Below, one piece after another: positions 10,701 to 19,235 of a stretch of DNA of 64,000 nt. The first letter of the stretch is position 1; each line of letters starts with the position of its first letter. The DNA comes from Cyanophora paradoxa CCMP329 (Eukaryota; Plantae; Glaucophyta). Made by a program: the position numbers and the translations under genes. The notes beneath the pieces are model-generated. The model made no database searches. It was not told the DNA's origin and was given only the letters and a program-made list of their open reading frames with translations. The stretch covers positions 434,001 through 498,000 of the forward strand of contig QPMI01000514.1 of NCBI GenBank assembly GCA_004431415.1. Reading direction: 5' to 3'.

Positions 10701-13700
10701 CTCATACCCAGACTCTGAATATTTACAGAGGATTAAAAATAACCTCACCTGATACTGTAATAGATTACCTTACAGTTACAAGCAATGCAAATTTACCACA
10801 TCATCCAACCTCTAATGTGGTTCAAGGTTGGATTCAAAATCACACTCACACAAAAGCCCAGATTACAGATTTTGACCACACCCATGCCTGGTCGAATATT
10901 GTAGATAAACCTTTGACCTTCCCTCCCAGTTCTCACAATCACTTATGGGAGCATATCACAGACAAGCCATTGACATTCCCTCCCAGTTCTCACAATCACT
11001 TATGGGAGCATATCACAGACAAGCCATTGACATTCCCTCCCAGTTCTCACAATCACTTATGGGAGCATATCACAGACAAGCCATTGACCTTTCCACCTGT
11101 TGCTCACACTCATGATTATTCCCAGATCACCAACAGTAACCACACTCATACTAAATCAGAGATCACAGATTTTGATCACACACATTTATGGGAGCATATC
11201 ACAGATAGACCACTAACATTCCCTCCTGATTCCCATACTCATGATTATTCCCAGATCACCAACAGTAACCACAGACACCCTTGGAGTGAAATCGACCAGC
11301 AGCCCAGGTTTTCATCAGCAGGCAATATTTTGACAGACTTTACAAATGGTGTGAGTCTCTACCAGAGTAATACCATACCTGAAAGGCTACAACTAAATGA
11401 TTATTATGTCAATCGAAAAGGCATTGATGGAGGGACCACAATGGAAGGTGAATTATACATCAAACAACCAACAAGAATCCAAATGATTTCAGCAGGTGGT
11501 GTTGGGGTGATTGATACCAAACCAGGCATCTTCTTAACAAGTTATTATAATGAGGACATCCCATTGACATCAGGATTACCACCTCTCCCATCTGATCCAG
11601 CAGCATATGATGACAAGGATGCCATTATGCAAGTAAATGTAACAGATGTCAGTGCAACTGATGGCTCCAGACCTAAAATAATATTCAGTCGATCCAAATT
11701 CAATTATGTCCCACTTGCGGGACAACCATCAGATAACTATGGGAAATGCGAAATGTCCTGGATTAAAACATTAGCAGGAGGAGCCTTAGAAGTCAATCAG
11801 AGGATGGCAGCAAAAAACTTACACAATGAGACCCTCTCTGGTGTTGTTACAGATGATTATTTAGAAAACAAAGATTATGTAACAAATACAGAATTACAAT
11901 TAGCTCTTACAGATGTTGTAACAGATACCGAATTAACAGCAGCTCTTGGGAATTATTTACCTCTTACAGGTGGAACTGTAACAGGAACTGTGAATGCTAC
12001 CACTTTACAAATTGGTGGAACCACAATACCAAAAGGTTACGATTTCGACCAATTAGATGTGGTTTCGACAGATAGAAGCGCAAATAATTGGAACTTAGGA
12101 TGGACACCAAGAACCGGACAAACAGGATGTTATACAACACCACAAAATGATGAAGATTGTAGCGCTTGTTGGATGAGGTGGAATGTCCCACAGGAATGAA
12201 AACGTTTTATATTCAAACCTTGTGTTGGTCTAATTGTAGATATTTTGACATCTATGGTCAAACAGCTAATGGTAATCAACATTTCCTTCGGCGTTTAAAT
12301 GTTTATCAAGGTATTCAAGCATCAGTACATGATGGAACACAATCCAGTATACTTTTCATCTCTATTAACTGTGAGTTTTACACAAAAATATATGTTCAAG
12401 GTCGAAAAGGTAGAATCCATCTTACAGGTGTTTTTGGGTGGAGTAGACAGAGGGCAACAGATAATGAGGTTGGGATGATCTCTTGGGATAATATATTTAG
12501 TAAACCATCATTTTACTCAGCCGCAGACCTTCCACAAACCGCAACATGGGCAACAAATGCATGGTTAAAATCAGTAGATGCAGTCGAGCGAATTTGGTTT
12601 GGAAATGGTCAAACTACATATATTCGAGGCTATGAAAATGGCGATGGTGTATCTGTCGAATTTAGAAACTCAGCGGATGCAGCAATCTTAAAATCATATG
12701 GTAACGGTAACTTTTGGGTGAATAATACTATTACAGCATCCACTATTAATGCTACTACCAAACTCCAAATAAACGGTAATGATGTCCCAAAGTTTCACAC
12801 AGCAGATAAAACAGTAGGAGGTATTGCATTTAATAGATGTTCTGAGGGTTGGACATGGGCATGGAGTACAGCATGGGATCCATATTATAATTATGGTTCA
12901 TATGTCCATAATAATCAATCTGATGACGAAACTTCTACCGCTTGGATTGACTTCGATATACCCGATGGATACCACACAGGAACAGCATTTTTAACCTATT
13001 TACCTTGGACTAACTCACGACTTTTTGAAATTTGGGGAGTTAATAGACAAGGGAATGAAGTTTTTATTACATCAGTGAATAGTTATCAACCATACGCCAC
13101 ATCGCCTGATGGTAACCACAGTGGTTTAAATAATGTTCCAATACATCTTGGAAATAGATTCCTCACTATTCGGATTAGACCAAAGATTGGAAGAGTTCAT
13201 ATTATGGGTATTAGTTACATGAAAATTTGGGTAGGAAATAGTTATGGTGGTCACACCGGCTATATTCATTGGAATAACGTTTATAGTAAACCAAATATCT
13301 TAACAGGATCTGTGGGGACTTGGTTTAGTTCAAGTGATGGATATAATCGTATCCATTTCGGTAACCAAACTTCTACATATTTGAAAGGAGGGGGAGATAT
13401 TCCCCTTGTATTCCGAAATGAACAAGATACTGATATTTGTTACATGTATCATGGAGGATGGATGTGGATTGGAGGTTATTTAACACAAGGAAGTGACATA
13501 AGATACAAAACCGATATTAAAAAGATATCCGGCGCTCTTTCAGCAATAGAGAAATTAGAGGGAGTGAGTTTTAAACGAATTGGAAGTGAAAAAGATGGAG
13601 TTAAATTAGGTTTAATTGCACAAGATGTTCAAAAGGTAATACCAGAGGTAGTTAATGTTAAAAAAGACGATGGCTACCTATCTCTTGAATACACAGGTTT

Positions 13701-13794
13701 AATTCCAGTTCTCATTGAAGCTGTGAAGGAGTTGTCCCAAAAATGCAAAGATCTACAGGATCAAATAGACCAAATTAAAAATGTCAAAGTATAA
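7764..13794 (+). CDS. Fibre/spike protein copy 2 (~2,000 aa when frameshifts at ~8177-8183 and ~12186-12191 are corrected) with acidic repeats, HxH repeats, a LamG/concanavalin-like domain, two 'WxNxRxF' domains and an S74-like chaperone
   Basis: Three overlapping ORFs (7764..8360, 8186..12199, 12166..13794) join by single-base additions in short runs. The second junction restores VPxGMK as in copy 1. GISELIVFNRALTTSEKNAVRYYIQQKYG is a typical LamG-like C-terminus. S74 motif from ~13492. Confidence 0.8.
10921..11091 (+). repeat. 3 near-identical 57-nt coding repeats (FPPSSHNHLWEHITDKPLT) within a longer HxH region (~10840-11290)
   Basis: Seen directly in DNA and protein. Confidence 0.95.
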
Positions 13795-13797
13795 TAA

Positions 13798-14103
13798 ATG
13801 GCGACCTATCCTCTTGGTGGAACCACCTATTCTACTGAGCCAGTTGCGCTTTCTTTTGATACAATCACCCTTGTAAACGCATTACAAACAGTTGAAAAAA
13901 CGATTCAGCAAACTAACAAGCTCTCACCAGTTGTAAATGAGTATAAAAACCTCTTGGTTAATGTCCTTGCTCAAGCTGCATATGGTGACCCTGTTGCTAA
14001 ATACAATGAGTGTGATAACAACATTAAAGCAATGACATCCAACCTGCAAGTTCTTTCAACTGTTTACCAATCCCTTGGATCGAATTTAATCACTTTGGCT
14101 TGA
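13798..14103 (+). CDS. Hypothetical 101-aa protein (cassette gene 2, copy 2)
   Basis: Paralog of 4637..4945. Confidence 0.85.
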   Translation: MATYPLGGTTYSTEPVALSFDTITLVNALQTVEKTIQQTNKLSPVVNEYKNLLVNVLAQAAYGDPVAKYNECDNNIKAMTSNLQVLSTVYQSLGSNLITLA

Positions 14104-14142
14104 TGGTAGTTTATTTTTCTTTCCTTCTTAGTAAAAGAAGCC

Positions 14143-14988
14143 ATGGGTGAATATAATCGAGTTCAACTTCCAATATATTCCCTTGGATCCCCTGCAATGC
14201 ATTTTCGCCAGCATGAAGTTAATGATGAGGTTCGTGGTTTAGAATCCACAGAGAGACCCAATTCCAATGGTAACTCCTTTGATAAGAATTCGATTATTCG
14301 AGTTAAAGAGCTGAGAGCTGATAAGAATTCTGGTGTGGTTAAAACAACTCGACTTCTTGTCACCAATGCTAACTTCTTCCAGCCTACAAATGGAGGTCCT
14401 GATGCTTACAGTGTTGCCCTGAAAGCCCTAGATTTCGACAAGAATACTGCTGCTGTTACTGTGAGATCAGGAGGAGCATTTATTGGGGGTGGTTGCAGAG
14501 TGTCAGGTCAACTCTCATCCTCCATTTCGTATAATGATGTCCCAGATACTCTAGAGCAAAATGTGGAAGACCCCCAACGAATTCGATTATATACTCCTGT
14601 CGCACAGCAGCCATTAATTCAATTTTACATTGGATATACTGTTACTCTTGAAAACTCGGAATTAATTGAAGGAACCAAAAGAGTACTGAGAGGTCTTGCG
14701 ATTCCATCTGCAATGCTTTCCCTTTGTAGAGCCAACAACAATCAAGTAGGTCATAAATACTATTTCAATGTTCAGGGATATAATCATTTCGGTTATGGCT
14801 ACTGTGTTTATAATAATAATTTCACCTTTGACTTGTTTGTTACAGATATTGGGTTATATACTATAACTCTTATCGGTTTGAGAACAGATATAGCCGCTGT
14901 ATCAGCTCTTAGAGGTGTAACTCCTGATACTCTTTCAGTTACAGGGTTTTACATGGAGCCAGATATTATTGATGACCCAACCCCATAA
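14143..14988 (+). CDS. Hypothetical 281-aa protein (cassette gene 3, copy 2)
   Basis: Paralog of 5002..5856. Confidence 0.85.
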   Translation: MGEYNRVQLPIYSLGSPAMHFRQHEVNDEVRGLESTERPNSNGNSFDKNSIIRVKELRADKNSGVVKTTRLLVTNANFFQPTNGGPDAYSVALKALDFDKNTAAVTVRSGGAFIGGGCRVSGQLSSSISYNDVPDTLEQNVEDPQRIRLYTPVAQQPLIQFYIGYTVTLENSELIEGTKRVLRGLAIPSAMLSLCRANNNQVGHKYYFNVQGYNHFGYGYCVYNNNFTFDLFVTDIGLYTITLIGLRTDIAAVSALRGVTPDTLSVTGFYMEPDIIDDPTP

Positions 14989-15011
14989 AAGATATATCCC
15001 TTTAATGTAAA

Positions 15012-15848
15012 ATGGCAGAGGCACCCACACCAATAGAGCGAATTATAACACCACAGCTATCATTAGCTGCCCCAGCAAACCATGTTCTGCAGCATGCTAC
15101 ATTTGATGATGTAGAGGGTCTCCCATCCACAGAGGTCCAACCTACAATGAACACCTTTGGTTCCACCCACAAACTGAGATTGCAGGAACTCAGATGTGAT
15201 AAAAATAATGGATTAGTTAAGACAACTAAGCTACTTGTTACCAATGCAAACTTTTCTGCTCATTATGGAGACCCAGATAGCTATGGAGATCCTCTGTCTA
15301 CTTATTCTTTTGAATCTAGGTCTGGAGCTATTAACTGCAAATCGGGGGGAGCTTATATTGGTGATGGTCTTAGGGTTGGTGGGGCTGTTGGAGCGCCTCT
15401 ATTTGTGAATGATCAACCCAATCCCATTGATCCTAACACAAGAATTCGAACCTATGTCCCCAGCATGAATGCCCCATACATTATAAAGATATTCCCCATT
15501 GTTGTAAATGAACAAACAGCAGTAGTAGACTCTCTTGTTGAAATTGGTGACCACTACAAGGTAGTTGTGGATATCCCACCAGATGTATATGCTGTATGTC
15601 AAGTAGAGGGTGGAACTCCTAATTTTGCAGTTGTGATCACCCCATATGATAATTTTGGTATTGCTTATCATGGAGTCAATTTCGGTTTGGAAGACTATCA
15701 GTTTCTGGTTAGAGCCACCAAGTTTGGTATCTACAAGTGTGTATTATATGCTGAGAGAACCGATTTTATTGCAAGGCAGAATACCTATGCTGAGTATTAT
15801 GGGACAAATCGATATTTCCCCATTTTTGGACAGGATACTGCTCCATAA
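15012..15848 (+). CDS. Hypothetical 278-aa protein (cassette gene 4, copy 2)
   Basis: Paralog of 5880..6704. Confidence 0.85.
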   Translation: MAEAPTPIERIITPQLSLAAPANHVLQHATFDDVEGLPSTEVQPTMNTFGSTHKLRLQELRCDKNNGLVKTTKLLVTNANFSAHYGDPDSYGDPLSTYSFESRSGAINCKSGGAYIGDGLRVGGAVGAPLFVNDQPNPIDPNTRIRTYVPSMNAPYIIKIFPIVVNEQTAVVDSLVEIGDHYKVVVDIPPDVYAVCQVEGGTPNFAVVITPYDNFGIAYHGVNFGLEDYQFLVRATKFGIYKCVLYAERTDFIARQNTYAEYYGTNRYFPIFGQDTAP

Positions 15849-15870
15849 GAATATTGGTTATATATAGAGT

Positions 15871-16143
15871 ATGGATAGTAAAACAAAAAAGTTTATTGAT
15901 GCTGCTATGACAGTTCATGGTAAAGATAAATTCGATTACAGTGAGACACATTACATCAAAGCTCAAGAGAAAGTATCTGTGAGATGTTTGCAGTGTAATA
16001 AGGTGATCCTTACCTATCCCTTTAATCATGTGAAGGGATCAGGTTGCAGGGACTGTAACAAAAGAAAGAGTCAAGCACACAGGAAAAGAGCTACTTCATC
16101 AATCAGAGTAGAGTATAGGGATATTTGCATTAGGTTTGACTAG
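15871..16143 (+). CDS. DUF723-like zinc-ribbon protein (stand-alone unit of the type found in viral homing endonucleases)
   Basis: KFIxxAxxVHGxDKFDYSxxxY...VxVRCxxC...PxNHxxGSGCxxC pattern. No nuclease domain follows. Confidence 0.7.
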   Translation: MDSKTKKFIDAAMTVHGKDKFDYSETHYIKAQEKVSVRCLQCNKVILTYPFNHVKGSGCRDCNKRKSQAHRKRATSSIRVEYRDICIRFD

Positions 16144-16166
16144 TTAATTTTTCTAAGGTATTCTTA

Positions 16167-16564
16167 ATGGAGACTAAATACAGAGGCTTTCATGTTATGC
16201 TTGATTACAAGGCTAAATCAGCTATAGCAACAGGTTATGAGCATGTTAGCTTCCTAGGTAATTGGATTATGGGAACCCTTGAACAAGCAGTATTGAGACA
16301 AGGTATTAGGATTGTTCATAAGCATTGTGAGATATTTGATGGCAAACTATCACCTCCTGGTTTTGCATTGGTTCTGCTATTAGATGAAAGCCATTGCACA
16401 GCTCATTGTTATTCCAATGAAGGCATGTTAGCAATTGATATATTCAGTTGTGGTAAAGAAGCTCAGCATAAAACACAAGCAGTTGCAGATGAGATCGATA
16501 AAACAATGAATTTTTAACATTTGAGAAGACTGAGAGACATAAACATGATAGATTCCCGTTTTGA
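16167..16564 (+). CDS. speD: S-adenosylmethionine decarboxylase proenzyme, prokaryotic (class 1B)-type; probable 1-nt frameshift at ~16511-16515
   Basis: LLLDESHCTAHCY..EG.LAIDIFSCG contains the E-S-H autocleavage/pyruvoyl site. Adding one T to the T5 run extends the ORF to ...HDRFPF* at 16564. Confidence 0.85.
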
Positions 16565-16839
16565 TGGGTTTCTATAATGATAAACAGGGTAATTTACCTT
16601 TTTTATTACAATGGCAATCGTTAAAAAAGGATATAATATATCCTTTCCTACAATAGCTTTCTACAATGATTTTCTTTCTACAGTAGCTTTTGTTACAATA
16701 GAATTCTACTGTATGATGTAGCCGAAATATGAATGCACCCTACATTAAGCAATGTCAAGTATTTCGAATACTATTCGATTTCCTTACAATAACACTCAGC
16801 ATCTCCCCTTGATTCCCCCTATTATATTATATTTATATT

Positions 16840-17295
16840 TAAGTGGACTCAAGGTTGACTCATATTAATCGTAAAAGTAGTAATAGTATATGGATTTTGT
16901 TACGAATTCAATGCAAGGGTTGACTAAGTGGGTTGAGTTGACTCAAATTTCACAGGAAATATTTGGGACCTAAAGTTTTCTAAAAAGGATTTCAAAAAAT
17001 GTGTCAACTCCCCCCACTTAGTCAACCCTGACCATAAACAGTAAGGATTTGAGCTAACATGTATCACAAAGTGAACATTTTGAGTCCACTTAGAAGATCC
17101 ACTTTTGAAATCAAAGTTGATTTTGCTTGAAATTTCAAAGTTGATCTAAAAGTGAGTCCACCCTGATTGATTATGGTAACAATGTTGACTAAGTTGACTA
17201 AGTTGAGTCATCTTAAGAAATTCAAGGAGACTAAGAGTTCAAAATGTTTATGAAAAGTGAGTCAACTTAGACCACTTATGGTAACAAAGTTAAAT
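16840..17295. repeat. Subterminal array of GTTGACT/AGTCAAC motifs including a ~30-bp imperfect inverted repeat (~16916-16945 vs ~17000-17029)
   Basis: AGGGTTGACTAAGTGGGTTGAGTTGACTCA versus TGTGTCAACTCCCCCCACTTAGTCAACCCT. TTATGGTAACAA occurs twice. Confidence 0.8.
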
Positions 17296-17329
17296 ATTTA
17301 ATTGATTTAATCGGAAAAGAACATGATTT

Positions 17330-17552
17330 AATCGAATTTATTGATATAATTCCGATTAGATTCATTTAGAATTCAATTAAGATCAATCGAAGTTATTGAT
17401 ATAATTCCGATTAACTACAATTAAGATACAATATCGATTAATCGAGTTTATCGATATAATATCGATTAAATTAATTGAAATTGCATATAAAAATATGCAA
17501 ATTCATGTGAAAATTCAAATAAATTAATCGATTTTATTGATATAACATCGAA
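17330..17552. repeat. Very AT-rich subterminal direct repeats (TTAT(T/C)GATATAA..CGA(T/A)T x4) and a small hairpin TTGCATAT-AAAA-ATATGCAA (17481-17500)
   Basis: Seen directly. Copies at ~17338, ~17393, ~17448 and ~17534. Confidence 0.8.
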
Positions 17553-17629
17553 TCACACATATGAATATTCATATTTTAATCCTGAGGCGGAACGCCGAGG
17601 GATTAAAATATGAATATTCATATGTGTGA
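17553..17629. repeat. Terminal hairpin: perfect 30-bp inverted repeat with a 17-nt GC-rich loop
   Basis: TCACACATATGAATATTCATATTTTAATCC (17553-17582) / GGATTAAAATATGAATATTCATATGTGTGA (17600-17629). The loop contains GGCG-GAA-CGCC. Confidence 0.95.
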
Positions 17630-19235
17630 CGTGCCGCCTGGACTACTTTTCAGTACTAGTGCATCGAGCTTGCACCGCATGCGCAGCACCGGCTGCGCAC
17701 GGCACCCGGCCAGCAGACCAGTTCGCGTGTTGCGCACGACGTGCCGCTTGTCTGCTCAGTCGGCGCCCCGCGTACGCCCTGCGTTGCGCCGCGTGCCTGC
17801 GCCCTTGCCGCCTGCCACCCGGCCAGCAGTCCAGCTAGGTTGCTGGGCACGGCGCTCCGCTGCACACCGCTTGCCGCTCGTGACGGATCAGGCTTCAGTT
17901 TGCGTTGTCGCCCTCTTCATGACCGGCGCCGCTGGCTGCCGCTCACCCCCATGGTCGACTTCCGCCCCGACCCCCTGCAGAAGGCCTGGATCGCCTATGT
18001 TTACGGCAAGCCCTCTGCAGACAGCACCATCATCTTTTAGCCAGCTGTTCAGGGTTAGCGGTAGGCCGTGCGAACACAGTTGATGCGCAGCGTTTTTTCG
18101 CTCAATCTTTCATATACAGTGCGCTCAATCTGGCCGTTCTTTCAGGATTTTCTTTATTCGGTTAGATCGCAGCCTCTGCATAACAGCCCTTTTCTACTCT
18201 TTACAATCATATATAATCTGTCTCTATCTTTACTACTTCAACCTGCCGCGCGCGCTGGGCCGGGGTCGATCTACATCTGCCCCGTGCATGTTCGTGCCAC
18301 TACTACTCTTTCATTAGATCCAGATTCCCCCCTTGCACCCCCGGCGCGCCAAGTCGAAGACGAAGATCAAGATAGAGCTAACAGCAGAACTAGCTATAGA
18401 AGACGTAGTCGCTGGAGGCAGAGGCGGCAGAACGGTAGGAGATGCGAAACGTAGGACACCACTAGAGGGGAGAGTCGAAGCTGGCGGAGTGTCTAAACGG
18501 AATCGAGATTGTAGAGTTGGTAAAACAATGGACGGCTGAAGACTAATCTGAGGAACTGGAGACGACACGAGGAAAGGGGCAGAACTCGGATTCAGACTCG
18601 GAATCGGCAGTATAAGAGGAGGGGCGAAACGCAAGCCAGTAGTGACAGGGAAGGCAGACGTCGACGATGGGGCTGAATTGAAGCCGCTGAACCAGGCAGG
18701 AGAGGCAAAAATAGCGAAGTAGAGAGAGAGAAGGGTACACACGAGGAACGTCACCATACACAAAATACTCGCTGCCAAAAATTATACGGTCTGACGGTCG
18801 CTGAAGATAAAGAGGCGGAACTGCCTGAGGACTAACAGTGAGAGATGGAGGAGGAAGAGGCAGAGCCAACGGCAAAGGGAACGGAATCAAAGGTACAGGA
18901 AAGGCATGGAATACACGAGGAACTGGAAGGTGGAGGGGGCCAGTGCTCCTAGCTAACATCGATGAAGCATCTGATGGAGGTGACGGCAAAACAACTGAGG
19001 GTAAACTAAGTTGAGGTGAAGCGAAGATTGATACAAGACTATCATGAATCAAAGGGGGCCATACAGGAACCGGCGGGCGAGGTGGATCTGGTGGGACAGC
19101 CAGCTGCAGTGGGGGAGCCGAAGGTACAGGAGAGGAAAGCCGCAGGCGCTGAGACACATGTACAGGGGACGGATCGGCATCGGGAGTCAAGGTTGCAATT
19201 GAATTCGACGGAGACCGGGGTGGCGGATTCGTGAT
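17630..19235. mobile_element. Possible degenerate retroelement remnant (TGA..TCA segment ~17627-18313 followed by purine-skewed sequence)
   Basis: Intermediate GC, no typical host introns, TATA-like CATATATAA at ~18208, strong strand skew. No gag/pol motif recognised. Confidence 0.25.

Larger units (their letters stand above)
1..17629. mobile_element. Right end of an endogenous large DNA virus-like element (continues left of the window)
   Basis: AT-rich, intron-less, closely packed ORFs encoding fibre proteins with S74-like chaperone, patatin, zinc ribbon and AdoMetDC. Abrupt switch to GC-rich, intron-rich DNA at ~17,630, right after a terminal hairpin. No hallmark core gene in the window. 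Confidence 0.8.

Noticed and set aside
2584-12199. Programmed ribosomal frameshifting in the fibre genes
   Set aside because: Sites differ between paralogs, lack canonical X XXY YYZ slippery heptamers, and each copy is continuous where the other is broken.
2180-12534. Diversity-generating retroelement (TR/VR pair) between the fibre copies
   Set aside because: Differences in variable patches are not confined to adenines, and no reverse transcriptase is in the window.
1-17629. Bacterial prophage or contaminant
   Set aside because: No Shine-Dalgarno-like sequences before starts, which instead follow A-rich AAAATGG/GCCATGG contexts; LTR-like insert and CpG loss suggest residence in a eukaryotic chromosome. 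Not fully excluded without read support.
17553-17640. Helitron 3' end or intrinsic terminator
   Set aside because: No CTRR terminus after the hairpin, no U-tract, an unusually long stem, and about 1 kb from the nearest gene.
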